This document shows positions 49,122-59,065 of a stretch of 64,000 bases of DNA, in pieces. Location: positions 25,124-89,123 of the IMG/VR virus record IMGVR_UViG_3300035428_000399, one strand, 5' to 3'. Numbering within the stretch: the stretch's first letter is position 1; each line of letters starts with the position of its first letter. Position numbers and translations under genes: made by a program. This stretch comes from a virus. Its lineage: Duplodnaviria; Caudoviricetes. The notes beneath the pieces are model-generated. The model was given only the letters and a program-made list of their open reading frames with translations. It made no database searches and had not been told where the DNA came from.

Positions 49122-49460
49122 ATGAAAAAAGAACTCAACATATATGAACCCTATGTAAAAGAACTTTGGGACTTCTATCAAAACGAAACCAAAGAAGCCG
49201 GACTCACATTCGCCGAACACTGCTACTGCGAGTTTGCCACTGGTCCCGATATGACCGGCGCACTCGAACTCGGAGGATTCTGCCCCGACAACGAGAATAC
49301 TCAAGAGTATGCGAACATGACCGAAGAAGAGCAGAAAGCCGAATTTGAAGTACGGTTCAAATACTTCATAAAGAAAGCAGGCGAAATCCTCGGCCAACAG
49401 TTCCCCGATCAGCCTCTCTCAGAAATCGAAGCCAACGCAAAAAAAGTTCTCGGATACTAA
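49122..49460 (+). CDS. Hypothetical acidic protein
   Basis: 112-aa ORF after promoter copy f. Confidence 0.65.
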   Translation: MKKELNIYEPYVKELWDFYQNETKEAGLTFAEHCYCEFATGPDMTGALELGGFCPDNENTQEYANMTEEEQKAEFEVRFKYFIKKAGEILGQQFPDQPLSEIEANAKKVLGY

Positions 49461-49550
49461 TCCAAATAAATATAAAGTATAGGACAGTTTTCATGGCATT
49501 GTCAGGATACCGGAGAAAGAATCATAGCCGGAGAAAAGAAAACAATATAC

Positions 49551-49832
49551 ATGACTGACGATAAAGGTCATGTATGGAAAGAAGAATGTTACAAAGGCTA
49601 TGGCATTTTCGGCGGCAAGGACTTCTACGAGTTGCTTGCCGAAATGAACGGCAAAGGGTCTGATCGCATTGCGGGTATAGACCTTGCGTTTGGCATGACC
49701 CCGGATGGCCGCTGTCAATATCCAAATGCAGACAACCCGAATCTTTGTTATCCAACTTTGGCTACCGAACCGAGATCCTTCCACGGCCAGCAGCCGGAAA
49801 TAGACATGAAACAAGGATTCCCCGACGCATAG
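49551..49832 (+). CDS. Hypothetical phage protein
   Basis: YKGYGIFGGKDFYELLAEMN motif. Confidence 0.65.
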   Translation: MTDDKGHVWKEECYKGYGIFGGKDFYELLAEMNGKGSDRIAGIDLAFGMTPDGRCQYPNADNPNLCYPTLATEPRSFHGQQPEIDMKQGFPDA

Positions 49833-49896
49833 TTTAACGAAGAATAGCGGAACCATCAACTACCGACTCAAATGCAAATAAGAAATACTAATCAAA

Positions 49897-50130
49897 ATGA
49901 CAACAAAATCAATTTCGAGATTTTTCTCAGTTCAGCAGGCAATCTACGGAGTCATCATGCTTGCCATCGCCATCGTGTGGCCCGTGGCACACATCATCAA
50001 AGGTACAATGAATACCCCAGGTGCTATCTTCTCAGTAGTAATGCTCGCCGTATCAATCTACCTCGGCCGACTTGCATGGAAAGACCTGCGTGAAGACTTC
50101 AAGAAAGAACCCAAATCAAACTCAAAATAA
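49897..50130 (+). CDS. Small two-TM membrane protein
   Basis: Two hydrophobic helices. Confidence 0.55.
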   Translation: MTTKSISRFFSVQQAIYGVIMLAIAIVWPVAHIIKGTMNTPGAIFSVVMLAVSIYLGRLAWKDLREDFKKEPKSNSK

Positions 50131-50138
50131 TATCAATT

Positions 50139-50627
50139 ATGAGCGAAAACGCTTTAGTACAAATCATCGGGAGGGCAGTCCCCTTTACGAAAGAAAACCA
50201 GAAAGCGACTGCGCAGACTCTGGTAACCAAAGTGGTCGAGGGAGAAGCGGACCCCATTCAAGTGTTCTCCACAGTAAAGGCACTTGTCGAGTGCCTGACA
50301 ATCTTCCTCAAGGACAAAGATGTCGTAGATTCGACAATCGCAGCTTGCGAAAGGTACGGCAAAGCCGGGGCACTCTTCAACGGAGCCAACCTCTGTGTGG
50401 CTGAAGTCGGAGTCAAGTACGATTACAGCACCAGCGGAGACCCTGACTGGGACGACCTCATGGCTCAGAAAGCAGAACTCGACGCAAAGATCAAGGCTCG
50501 CGAAGCATTCCTGCGCGGTATCCCCGGCGAAGCCACAATCGTCAACGAAGATACGGGCCAAATCACCAAGATATTCCCGCCGACCAAAACGTCATCGACC
50601 TCTGTGAAAGTGACATTTGCCAAATAA
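50139..50627 (+). CDS. Hypothetical phage protein
   Basis: 162 aa; GVKYDYS and PP.K.S.TSVKVT motifs. Confidence 0.65.
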   Translation: MSENALVQIIGRAVPFTKENQKATAQTLVTKVVEGEADPIQVFSTVKALVECLTIFLKDKDVVDSTIAACERYGKAGALFNGANLCVAEVGVKYDYSTSGDPDWDDLMAQKAELDAKIKAREAFLRGIPGEATIVNEDTGQITKIFPPTKTSSTSVKVTFAK

Positions 50628-50695
50628 GACCAGCGACCTCCACAGTGTCGGCCTGGCAGATAACTGGGCCGGCACTATCAGCTACAATATAATAT

Positions 50696-51463
50696 ATGAA
50701 AGAAGAGACAACCCAAGCCTCAATAGCAGATACAACAAAGGCAACCCCGACGTCAGAAATGCCGATTGTTCTCGAAGTCGCACACTTCGGCAATCACTAT
50801 ATCTTGCCGCAGAAAGGTAAGCCCCGAAGTATAGGTTACGACTTGACTGTGCCGGAGGACGTAAAAGTACCGGCGCACTCCCGATTCAAAATTCCACTGA
50901 ACATCGCAATAAACCTGCCCGAAGGTATCGAGGCCAAGATAGAACCCAGAAGCGGATTCGAGCTCAACGGTATGGAGGGATATGGAACTCGCAAAGTAAA
51001 AAATTGGCTGTTTGATATCTTCTGCCCTCTTTTCTATAAGACCATTACAGGCATTCAGCGTTGGGACTGCGACGTACTCGTGGGTAAGATAGACCCCGGC
51101 TATACTGACAACATCTGCGTCATTGTGAAAAACAACGACAAAGAGTTTACCATAAAACGTGGCACTCGCATAGCTCAAATGACATTCTACCGCGTTCTCT
51201 CTCCTGAGTTTGAAATCGTAGACAAACTCTCGTGTGATAGTCGTGGAGGAGGGTTAGGAAGTAGTGGAACCGGGCGAATAATCGTCCGAAGTGACTTAGC
51301 TCATGAAAAAGTAGAAGCACCCGGCGAATTACTCCAACCGCCGCACGCTTCCAAACCTTATAAACCAATTCCCTTCCATGAATATTATGCTCAGTTGCCA
51401 CCTGAAAAGCGCGAAGAAGTAGATGGTTCAATCTTAGGCCATATATTTAACGATCATCCCTGA
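50696..51463 (+). CDS. dut: Trimeric dUTPase
   Basis: Motifs SIGYDL, PRSG, GKIDPGYT, RIAQM and RGGGLGSSG. Confidence 0.88.
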   Translation: MKEETTQASIADTTKATPTSEMPIVLEVAHFGNHYILPQKGKPRSIGYDLTVPEDVKVPAHSRFKIPLNIAINLPEGIEAKIEPRSGFELNGMEGYGTRKVKNWLFDIFCPLFYKTITGIQRWDCDVLVGKIDPGYTDNICVIVKNNDKEFTIKRGTRIAQMTFYRVLSPEFEIVDKLSCDSRGGGLGSSGTGRIIVRSDLAHEKVEAPGELLQPPHASKPYKPIPFHEYYAQLPPEKREEVDGSILGHIFNDHP

Positions 51464-51465
51464 CT

Positions 51466-51987
51466 ATGATAGTAATCTTAACAGCAACAAAGGAAGAATA
51501 CGAACTGGCAAAAAAGTACCTGGCTGGATATAGGATAGTCCAGACCGGTGTCGGAGCATCGAATGTAATCCATACTCTATCCCGGCTTATAGTAACAATT
51601 CCTCAAGCTCATTTTATCAATGTGGGTTTCAGCGGCAGTAATAAATTACCTGTCGGAACAGTTACCAAAGTTTCCAATTCCTACCGTCTGGTGGACGAGA
51701 ATGTTAAGTTCCAAGACTTCAGAAATGGATTCTTTTTAGAGTACAACGGCTACCAATGCTATACCAACAACAGTTTCGTAACCGAAAGCACGTCTGAAGC
51801 CCCAGTCCTCTATGATATGGAACTTAACTATATCGTTGCATTTCCAATCGACCTAATCGGCTCCGTAAAGATTGTCAGTGATAATCTCGACGTCCTCGAA
51901 TACGAAACGAACATCGATACATCTACACCCGAAATATGGGGCGAGGTAAGAAAATTAGTTGACGACCTTGCTTCTAAAAGAGAATAG
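51466..51987 (+). CDS. Nucleoside phosphorylase/MTA-SAH nucleosidase-like protein (PNP_UDP_1 fold)
   Basis: ILTATKEE, TGVG..N, INVGFSG, DME and KIVSD motifs. Confidence 0.75.
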   Translation: MIVILTATKEEYELAKKYLAGYRIVQTGVGASNVIHTLSRLIVTIPQAHFINVGFSGSNKLPVGTVTKVSNSYRLVDENVKFQDFRNGFFLEYNGYQCYTNNSFVTESTSEAPVLYDMELNYIVAFPIDLIGSVKIVSDNLDVLEYETNIDTSTPEIWGEVRKLVDDLASKRE

Positions 51988-52017
51988 CCTACCACAGCAG
52001 TTTCCCAATAGGTTCGC

Positions 52018-52070
52018 TGCGCCCGGCAGACTGCATAGCCATTTGCAGTTTGTCGGGCGCTTTTCGTTAT
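52018..52070 (+). terminator. Probable intrinsic terminator upstream of metK
   Basis: GCGCCCGGCAGACTGCA/TGCAGTTTGTCGGGCGC stem with 2 G-T pairs, followed by TTTTCGTTATT. Confidence 0.65.
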
Positions 52071-52133
52071 TGAGCGCGCGAGAATATATATAACTTTGAA
52101 CACATAATAGAAAATCAATCAAAAAATTACATA

Positions 52134-53396
52134 ATGGGAAAGTATTTTTTTACCTCGGAATCCGTGTCAGAGGGACATCCCGACAAGGTGGCGGACCAAA
52201 TCTCGGACGCCATCGTAGACGCATTTCTGGCAAAGGATCGCGACTCAAGAGTCGCCTGCGAAACTCTCGTAACCACCGGCCAGGTTATCATCGCCGGCGA
52301 ATATCGTTCAACCGCAAGAGTGGATGTTCAAGACATCGCCCGCAAAGTTATAAGCCGCATCGGATATAACAAGAGCGACTACAAATTCGACGCTGAATCC
52401 TGCGGAATACTGAACGCTATGCACGGCCAGAGCGACGACATCAACCGTGGCGTATCCCGCGAGACAGAGGAAGCCCAAGGTGCCGGCGATCAGGGCATGA
52501 TGTTCGGCTTCGCTACCAACGAAACCGAAACCTATCTGCCTCTTTCGCTTTACCTGAGCCACAAGCTCCTTCAGGAACTCTCGGCAATCCGCCGCGAGGG
52601 CAAGGCAATGACTTATCTACGCCCCGACGCCAAGAGCCAGGTTACAGTCGAATACGATGACGAGAGCAAGCAGCCGTGCAGAATCCACACAATCGTCATT
52701 TCCACACAGCACGACGACTTCATCAAGGCTGAGCACGGGCTTCCACAATCTGCCGCCGACACTCTCATGCTCAACCGCATCAGCGAGGACGTGAAGAACA
52801 TTCTTCTGCCCCGAGTCATTTCCCATCTCCAGCCGGAAGTGGCCGCGCTCTTCGATGCAAACCTTATTCTCCATGTAAATCCCACCGGCAAGTTTGTCAT
52901 CGGCGGTCCCCATGGCGATACCGGCCTCACAGGTCGCAAGATCATCGTCGATACCTACGGAGGTCACGGAGCCCACGGCGGCGGTGCTTTCTCCGGCAAA
53001 GACCCCTCGAAAGTAGACCGGTCAGCCGCTTATGCCGCCCGCCACATCGCAAAGAACCTCGTTGCCGCAGGTATAGCTGACGAAGTGCTTGTGCAGGTAG
53101 CATACGCAATCGGCGTGGCTCAGCCCGTGAGCCTCTATGTAAGCACCGTCCGTCGACACGTCCCTTACGCCGACTCCGAGGTTGCCAACATCGTCTCTCG
53201 CCTCGTAGACCTGACACCAGCCGGCATCAACAAACGTCTCAGGCTCCGCAATCCCATATACGAGCCCACCGCCTCTTACGGACACTTCGGCCGCATCCCA
53301 ACAACCAAGGTAGTGAACGGCGAGGAAGTCGAACTCTTTACATGGGAGAAACTCGACCTCGTGGACGAATTCAAGAAAGCTTTCAACATCGACTAA
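52134..53396 (+). CDS. metK: S-adenosylmethionine synthetase
   Basis: [40 protein letters not shown] and [15 protein letters not shown] motifs; TAACTTTG box at 52091-52098. Confidence 0.97.
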   Translation: MGKYFFTSESVSEGHPDKVADQISDAIVDAFLAKDRDSRVACETLVTTGQVIIAGEYRSTARVDVQDIARKVISRIGYNKSDYKFDAESCGILNAMHGQSDDINRGVSRETEEAQGAGDQGMMFGFATNETETYLPLSLYLSHKLLQELSAIRREGKAMTYLRPDAKSQVTVEYDDESKQPCRIHTIVISTQHDDFIKAEHGLPQSAADTLMLNRISEDVKNILLPRVISHLQPEVAALFDANLILHVNPTGKFVIGGPHGDTGLTGRKIIVDTYGGHGAHGGGAFSGKDPSKVDRSAAYAARHIAKNLVAAGIADEVLVQVAYAIGVAQPVSLYVSTVRRHVPYADSEVANIVSRLVDLTPAGINKRLRLRNPIYEPTASYGHFGRIPTTKVVNGEEVELFTWEKLDLVDEFKKAFNID

Positions 53397-53408
53397 ACCC
53401 GACAACTG

Positions 53409-53924
53409 ATGAACGATATTATCTCGACTGCTTTTACCAACTACGATGTCGGCCACCTCTACCGACATCTGATAGTGTGCTTCATTCTGTTTCTCATCAC
53501 TGTCGCCGTATGTCTGATTGATTTCGTCAGCGGCGTTTACACCGCTAAGAAACTCGGAGAACCCCTGCGCTCCCGCAAACTGCGAATGACAGTCGAGAAA
53601 ATATCCTGGTACTGGCTAATCCAGCTTCTGGGATTCATTCTCGGCCTGATGGGAACCGTATTTGCATGGTACGAATGGCCCTATATTTCTATGTGCATCT
53701 GCCTGGCGATTATAGTAATCGAGGGCAAGAGCATATTAGAGCATGCCAAACGACGCAAGTGCCGGACAGCCAAAATCCCGGAAACAATACGCGACATGGC
53801 CGAATGGATAGGCGAGGATGCGCTCAAGCACTCCATTCAGGAATTAGCTAAGAAGAGAGTAATCGACGCGCTCAACCGTGGACCGAATACCACGGAGAGC
53901 GAGGTAACTGAAAGCATAGAATAA
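53409..53924 (+). CDS. Putative holin
   Basis: Three TM segments; D..SG and IEGKSILEH motifs; directly upstream of the endolysin. Confidence 0.75.
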   Translation: MNDIISTAFTNYDVGHLYRHLIVCFILFLITVAVCLIDFVSGVYTAKKLGEPLRSRKLRMTVEKISWYWLIQLLGFILGLMGTVFAWYEWPYISMCICLAIIVIEGKSILEHAKRRKCRTAKIPETIRDMAEWIGEDALKHSIQELAKKRVIDALNRGPNTTESEVTESIE

Positions 53925-53925
53925 G

Positions 53926-54612
53926 ATGAACACAATCAAAATAGGATGCAAGGGTAAAGAAGTCAAAACCCTTCAGCAGAAACTCAAAATCTCGGCTGAC
54001 GGCATATTCGGAAAGAATACCGACGCTGCAGTCAGGGCATTTCAAAAAGCCCACGGGCTAACGCCGGACGGTATAGTCGGTCCCCACACATGGGAATACC
54101 TCGGCTTTGCTCCTCAATCACGGTATATTGACGAAATCATCGTCCATTGTACCGCGACAAAAGAGGGGAAGGCCTGCTCTGCAGACCAAATCAACGCTGC
54201 CCACAAAGCCCGCAAATTCTCCACCTACAAAGACGCCAAAGGAAGAACCCGCTACATCGGGTATCATTTCGTCATTCACCCCGACGGTACAATCGAGGAA
54301 TGTCGCCCGATTAGCAAAATCGGATGCCATGCCTCCGGGCACAATACGAGGTCAATAGGTATCAGCTATGTAGGCGGACTTGACGCGCGAGATACCGACG
54401 GCCGTATGATAAAAGACACCCGCACTCCCCGGCAAAAAGCGAGCCTTATCAAGCTCATCAAGAAACTCAAGAGCGAGTATCCTACCATCAATAAAGTCAT
54501 CGGGCACCGCGATACCTCCCCGGACCTCAACGGCAACGGCATCATCGAACCATACGAATTCATCAAGGGCTGCCCTTGTTTCGATGCAATTTCGGAATAC
54601 AAAGAACTCTAA
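53926..54612 (+). CDS. Endolysin: peptidoglycan-binding domain plus N-acetylmuramoyl-L-alanine amidase
   Basis: ADGIFG/PDGIVGP.TW repeats; IIVHCTAT, IGYHFVI, GHRD and KGCPCFD motifs. Confidence 0.92.
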   Translation: MNTIKIGCKGKEVKTLQQKLKISADGIFGKNTDAAVRAFQKAHGLTPDGIVGPHTWEYLGFAPQSRYIDEIIVHCTATKEGKACSADQINAAHKARKFSTYKDAKGRTRYIGYHFVIHPDGTIEECRPISKIGCHASGHNTRSIGISYVGGLDARDTDGRMIKDTRTPRQKASLIKLIKKLKSEYPTINKVIGHRDTSPDLNGNGIIEPYEFIKGCPCFDAISEYKEL

Positions 54613-54618
54613 AACAGA

Positions 54619-55134
54619 ATGAAAAAGGCAATAATAATTCTCACTATTTTGCTCCTTGCATCAGTCCTCGCTAACGTGATGCTATGGAACCGAGCCGGTC
54701 CCAAGGAGGTGGTGGAAAAGGTAATTACTACCTACGATACGATTCCATACCCTAAGCCCGTCCCAGTCGATAGCGTAGTTCTTCGATATGTTACCGAGAA
54801 ACTACCGGCCGCAGATCAACCCAGTCTACCGACAGCCTCCGTTGAGACGGTCGTAGATTCGATGGTTTGCCAAGCGCCCAAGGACAGTGTAGAGGTCATA
54901 ATACCGATTACCCAAAAGATATATGAAGACAGCACTTTCCGGGCCTATGTGAGCGGTTATCACCCGGCACTGGACAGCATTCAGATTTTCCAACGTAAAG
55001 AGACCATCTATATAAGGTCGCCCACCAAGAATAAGCGATGGGGAATCGGTATCCAAGCCGGGTTCGGACTGACACCGCACAGAGTTCAGCCGTACATAGG
55101 GATAGGGATTTCCTATAATATCATTACATTTTAA
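54619..55134 (+). CDS. Membrane-anchored lysis accessory (spanin-like)
   Basis: N-terminal TM helix and WGIGIQAGFG...PYIGIGISY C-terminus; follows the endolysin; a hairpin terminator follows at about 55152. Confidence 0.6.
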   Translation: MKKAIIILTILLLASVLANVMLWNRAGPKEVVEKVITTYDTIPYPKPVPVDSVVLRYVTEKLPAADQPSLPTASVETVVDSMVCQAPKDSVEVIIPITQKIYEDSTFRAYVSGYHPALDSIQIFQRKETIYIRSPTKNKRWGIGIQAGFGLTPHRVQPYIGIGISYNIITF

Positions 55135-55212
55135 GGTCTCTTTTCATTGAATAAGGCAATCCTTCGGGGTTGCCTTATATATTATCAATATGATTATATA
55201 TGATGATGAAAA

Positions 55213-55304
55213 TTGCAGATATGATTAAATTTTTAGGTCTAAAATTTGCGTATATGATTATTTATTTGTAATTTTGTGTATGCAGATATGATGATTTAAT
55301 CAAA
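55213..55304 (+). promoter_or_regulatory. Repeated phage promoter module, copy g
   Basis: TTGCAGATATGATTA (55213), TTGCGTATATGATTA (55246) and ATGCAGATATGATGA (55280); -7 TAATTTTG 55269-55276. Confidence 0.88.
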
Positions 55305-55315
55305 CTAAAAAGACA

Positions 55316-55852
55316 ATGAAAACAAGAGAAATCATAAAGAAAGCGATGGAAATCCTGAAGAGCGTGAAAGTAAAATCCGAATTCGACATGATACAGGATT
55401 GGTACGTGAGCAACGGCTACGACGCCACGTTCGACAAGCAGATGAAAGGCTACTTTGCCGCCATCAGCCCATTCGGAGAATCCGAACTCCATCAGGCAAT
55501 GTGCGATGTCTGGAACGCTACCCTGACATATTACTACACTCCAGCCCGCGAAGAAGAGTGTGAGATTGAAAAAGCACTCACAGAAGCCCAGAGAATCCGC
55601 CGTTCAGTAACCGAAGCGGATTGGGCCAAAGGTGTAGCTCACTACGAAGTAGTCAAGACTAACAAAGGACAGAAAGTCCTGATTACATACCGCGACGGCA
55701 GCAAGGGACTCCGAAAAATCTACGAAGAACCGAGAAAAGACCAGGTACTGAACTTTGATGCCTGCGAGAAGGAACTCATCGACCTCGCAGAACTCGGGAG
55801 CCACGATTTCCGTTCGGCACTCGCCGCCCTCGTTGCGAAGTATAACGCATAA
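55316..55852 (+). CDS. Hypothetical protein
   Basis: 178-aa ORF after promoter copy g. Confidence 0.7.
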   Translation: MKTREIIKKAMEILKSVKVKSEFDMIQDWYVSNGYDATFDKQMKGYFAAISPFGESELHQAMCDVWNATLTYYYTPAREEECEIEKALTEAQRIRRSVTEADWAKGVAHYEVVKTNKGQKVLITYRDGSKGLRKIYEEPRKDQVLNFDACEKELIDLAELGSHDFRSALAALVAKYNA

Positions 55853-55863
55853 ATAACAATAAT

Positions 55864-56139
55864 ATGAAGTACATCAAAAGAATCATCGTTGGCATAGAAA
55901 GCCGTCAGGAAGCCAACGACGTGGCAGACCACCAGAACGACCTCGGCAAGATAAATCACGATCGGCGAGTGATATTCGCGGGCGAGGGGGATAAGAGCAA
56001 GACGATAGTCCCCGACTGGGCGCCGCTAATTTTCATTGCCATTGCCACAACAGAAGCCGCCATTAAAGAAATTGCTGAAGAATTCTTCGGTGAGGTTCCA
56101 ATTCTCTTTGAAGTCGAAGACGTAAAGGAAAACGCCTGA
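55864..56139 (+). CDS. Hypothetical protein
   Basis: 91-aa co-oriented ORF. Confidence 0.6.
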   Translation: MKYIKRIIVGIESRQEANDVADHQNDLGKINHDRRVIFAGEGDKSKTIVPDWAPLIFIAIATTEAAIKEIAEEFFGEVPILFEVEDVKENA

Positions 56140-56140
56140 T

Positions 56141-56542
56141 ATGGGAAATGATCTTCTCAATATTGCAAGCGCGGCCAAGCAGGGAGTCTTAGACGAAAAA
56201 GCCCAAGCTCTCAAGGCACGGAAGGAGCGAAGAAAAAAGGAACGGACTGCCGCAGAACACGCCTACGAAGTATTCAAAAGCACCTTAGCGCAGTTACTCG
56301 GTATCAAGTCCTATAAGATTAGACCATCAGAACTGAAAAGCCGAAAAGACTGCGTGATAATAGAAGACACCGGCGGCCGCAAGTTCGAGATTCATTATAC
56401 GAAAGTCATGACGCCTGACGGCAAACACTTCGGAGGCGGAGACTGCGATTACAATATCAATGCGCAATGGGGTACGGATACATGGTATCAATACAGCGTG
56501 GCAATGGGTGCCACGACAGTTGCGCAACAACTAGGCCGATAG
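56141..56542 (+). CDS. Hypothetical protein
   Basis: 133-aa co-oriented ORF. Confidence 0.6.
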   Translation: MGNDLLNIASAAKQGVLDEKAQALKARKERRKKERTAAEHAYEVFKSTLAQLLGIKSYKIRPSELKSRKDCVIIEDTGGRKFEIHYTKVMTPDGKHFGGGDCDYNINAQWGTDTWYQYSVAMGATTVAQQLGR

Positions 56543-56611
56543 TTGGCCCAGACAGAAACAGCAAACTCGCTCAAATGCAAATAAGATAGACAAACGCAAA
56601 TAAGATATCTA

Positions 56612-57799
56612 ATGGAAACAATTTTAACAAAAAAGAACTGCCATAGAGCAGCCACGGTTCTGCCGGTCAACCACACAGACGGTCAGGAACCGCTTCAATT
56701 CAACTACCGCGCCATCCGCAAAAATATGGGTATGTTCAGTTGCCGTTTCTCCCATACGGTAACATCACCCAACGGTGACGCTATCGAAGTAAGCGATTAC
56801 GACTTGAAAGAATGGGTGGTCGCATCATGGAAATACGAAGAGAACCTCGAAGACCTCTATAGTGACGGTGTAAGGGCGTACAGCAATACCAGCCACACAC
56901 CGGAAGAACGCGCTCTGCGCGACATCTACGAGTATGAAGAAGAGATACAGAAAGACCTCAAGATTCTCCCCGAATCATATCGTTCTGACTACTTCAATCA
57001 GTATAAAGAGCGCGCCCGCCAGCTTTTCTATAAGCATTCAGGCATAGCCAGCGCTATGATTGTCGGCCCGGCTCGTTTTCCGGCGGCACGCATGGAGCGA
57101 GCCAACAATGCCTATGACTCCATGTTCCAAGATTTCCGCAAATGGCGAGAAAATTTCTTCAAGAAAGTCGAGCGCGAGAAAGAAGCCGCAAAGTCGCCGG
57201 AGCAGAAGGCCGACGAAGCATGGGAAAAGGTAAAAGGGGATATTTTGTCTACCGTCGGCTCTCTGTGGGCAATCGACCTGCAGAATGCCCCATACTCTCG
57301 TCCACTATTCGTTTCCAATCTATACGGCAGGATGGAAACTCTTGCCAAAAACGGAAAGGTCGACCTCTTGCGACGGGCCGGAGAGTTGATAAAGGAACTC
57401 AACGTAAAGGCTAAGGAGAAGGGCGCGAAAGAAATCTTCACGAGCCGCCACAAGTTTTGGAAGCTCGTGGAGAAAGACAAGGAAACCCTCGCCAAGCAAG
57501 CCGAGAATGCCAACCGCGAGAACGAGGTGTTTGAACTCTACAACTGCACCGTAGTGAAGAACTATGAAGAAGACCGTCTGCAAATCTTCCACGAAGAGAA
57601 GCCGGCACCGGAAGTTCTCAGTCTTCTCAAGAAAGAAGCCTGGAAATGGTCGAGAAACAACGTCTGCTGGCAACGTCAGCTCACAAGAAACGCCTGCTAT
57701 AGTGCAGCCCGCGTTATTCTCGGAGGCCCCAATGGATTATCCAACACCGAGGAAGTAACCAAACTCGTCAAGAAACTATGGGACGGCCACCAAGAGTAA
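56612..57799 (+). CDS. Hypothetical protein with mobile-element-type C-terminal domain
   Basis: SAMIVGPARFP and DRLQIF...KP...LK...WKWS....WQRQLT.NA motifs recalled from plasmid/ICE proteins. Confidence 0.7.
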   Translation: METILTKKNCHRAATVLPVNHTDGQEPLQFNYRAIRKNMGMFSCRFSHTVTSPNGDAIEVSDYDLKEWVVASWKYEENLEDLYSDGVRAYSNTSHTPEERALRDIYEYEEEIQKDLKILPESYRSDYFNQYKERARQLFYKHSGIASAMIVGPARFPAARMERANNAYDSMFQDFRKWRENFFKKVEREKEAAKSPEQKADEAWEKVKGDILSTVGSLWAIDLQNAPYSRPLFVSNLYGRMETLAKNGKVDLLRRAGELIKELNVKAKEKGAKEIFTSRHKFWKLVEKDKETLAKQAENANRENEVFELYNCTVVKNYEEDRLQIFHEEKPAPEVLSLLKKEAWKWSRNNVCWQRQLTRNACYSAARVILGGPNGLSNTEEVTKLVKKLWDGHQE

Positions 57800-57981
57800 A
57801 ACGTATCAGCAAGGAGGAGGGAGAGCGCGTGGATATCCACCGCTTTCCTAACTTCAGCGCGTCCGGAAGTGTGATCGGAATGAGAAATCTCTACTACGGG
57901 AGAAATGCGCTACTTGTACGTTGTGGCTCCTTTATATATAATGTATCATTAGAACCGGCAATTTACGAAAACGCAAAATGA
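57778..57981 (+). CDS. Small hypothetical phage protein
   Basis: FPNF...GS..GM...YYG..ALLVRCG.FIYNV motif; overlaps both neighbours. Confidence 0.55.
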   Translation: MGRPPRVKRISKEEGERVDIHRFPNFSASGSVIGMRNLYYGRNALLVRCGSFIYNVSLEPAIYENAK

Positions 57982-58421
57982 AATATACCATAGACCCCAC
58001 AATTCCCTTTGAGGGCGCAGTCCTCACAAGCATGAACGACAACATTCACAGCGATTACGGCGGTGAAACTCTCGAAGAACTGAAAGCAGCACACAATAAT
58101 CCCAACCTCGAAGCAGTGAGCCCTGAAAAAGTAACGGAACTTGTCAACCAGCACCGGGCATCGCTCAACAAAGAACCGTTCAAGGAAATCGACGAGGAAC
58201 GATACTATGACGCAATGGACTGTCTGCCACCCAAGAGAATGTTACGCGACGCTTTCTTCGTGGGAGAGTGCTACCAATATGACCTCTATCCTTTCTGCTT
58301 CAAAATAGGTGGCAGATACTTCGAGGGCCGCAGAACCGTCGACACTCCGAAGGAGACGCTTTATGCGGAGATAAAAGAATTTTACGATAACCTCATCAAA
58401 TCCGAAGCCAATGACGATTGA
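57978..58421 (+). CDS. Hypothetical protein (DUF1419-like C-terminus)
   Basis: EERYYDAMDCLPP...FFVGE motif. Confidence 0.6.
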   Translation: MKYTIDPTIPFEGAVLTSMNDNIHSDYGGETLEELKAAHNNPNLEAVSPEKVTELVNQHRASLNKEPFKEIDEERYYDAMDCLPPKRMLRDAFFVGECYQYDLYPFCFKIGGRYFEGRRTVDTPKETLYAEIKEFYDNLIKSEANDD

Positions 58422-59061
58422 ACTCAACATAGAATTTCATGAAAGCGAGATACCGCCCCGGTGCCGCTTACCGAGACACGTCAGCCATAAGGAAACTGTA
58501 AAGGTCAAGATAAAAGAGGCGAGCAAAGAGGAGGCGCCGTTGGCATTCATCGTCCACAGCCTGAAAGAACGTCCGATGGAGGTCAGGCTGTACAAGAACC
58601 AACTCTATAAAGAAGCCCGCATTTCGTTCTACAACGGCAAGGAATCCGAAGAATATCCTTTCGATGCAATTCCCTGGGAGACCGTGTTCAGAAAATACAC
58701 TGGGTATGGGGAGTATATCTCCAAGTCCGAATACATCGCATATCTCAAACTCACAAGCCGTGAATATCTCATTGTTGATGGTGTTGTCTTTCGCAGATGT
58801 TACGAGCCATTCTACCGTATTACAACATTCGGCTACCGAGGGTGTGGCACTGCCATTTTTCCGGAATTCTCAGATAAGAGCCGCAAGGAAGTCCCCGGTT
58901 ACAGTGCTCTCGATAAGGATAGAGCGATAGCCGATGCTATCAAAATTGCAGAAGGCCGTGGCGATGAGAAAGACATAGATTCAATAAAAGAAATGGCTCA
59001 TGGGCCGATAGAAGTAATCATTCCATCGGCATGCAAGCGTAAATTCAGACCTCAAATATAA
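58411..59061 (+). CDS. Hypothetical protein
   Basis: 216-aa coupled ORF. Confidence 0.65.
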   Translation: MTIELNIEFHESEIPPRCRLPRHVSHKETVKVKIKEASKEEAPLAFIVHSLKERPMEVRLYKNQLYKEARISFYNGKESEEYPFDAIPWETVFRKYTGYGEYISKSEYIAYLKLTSREYLIVDGVVFRRCYEPFYRITTFGYRGCGTAIFPEFSDKSRKEVPGYSALDKDRAIADAIKIAEGRGDEKDIDSIKEMAHGPIEVIIPSACKRKFRPQI

Positions 59062-59065
59062 AGTT

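Noticed and set aside
51987-52133. SAM riboswitch upstream of metK
   Set aside because: I could not find SAM-I or SAM-II consensus elements; the visible hairpin fits a plain terminator. An Rfam scan would settle it.
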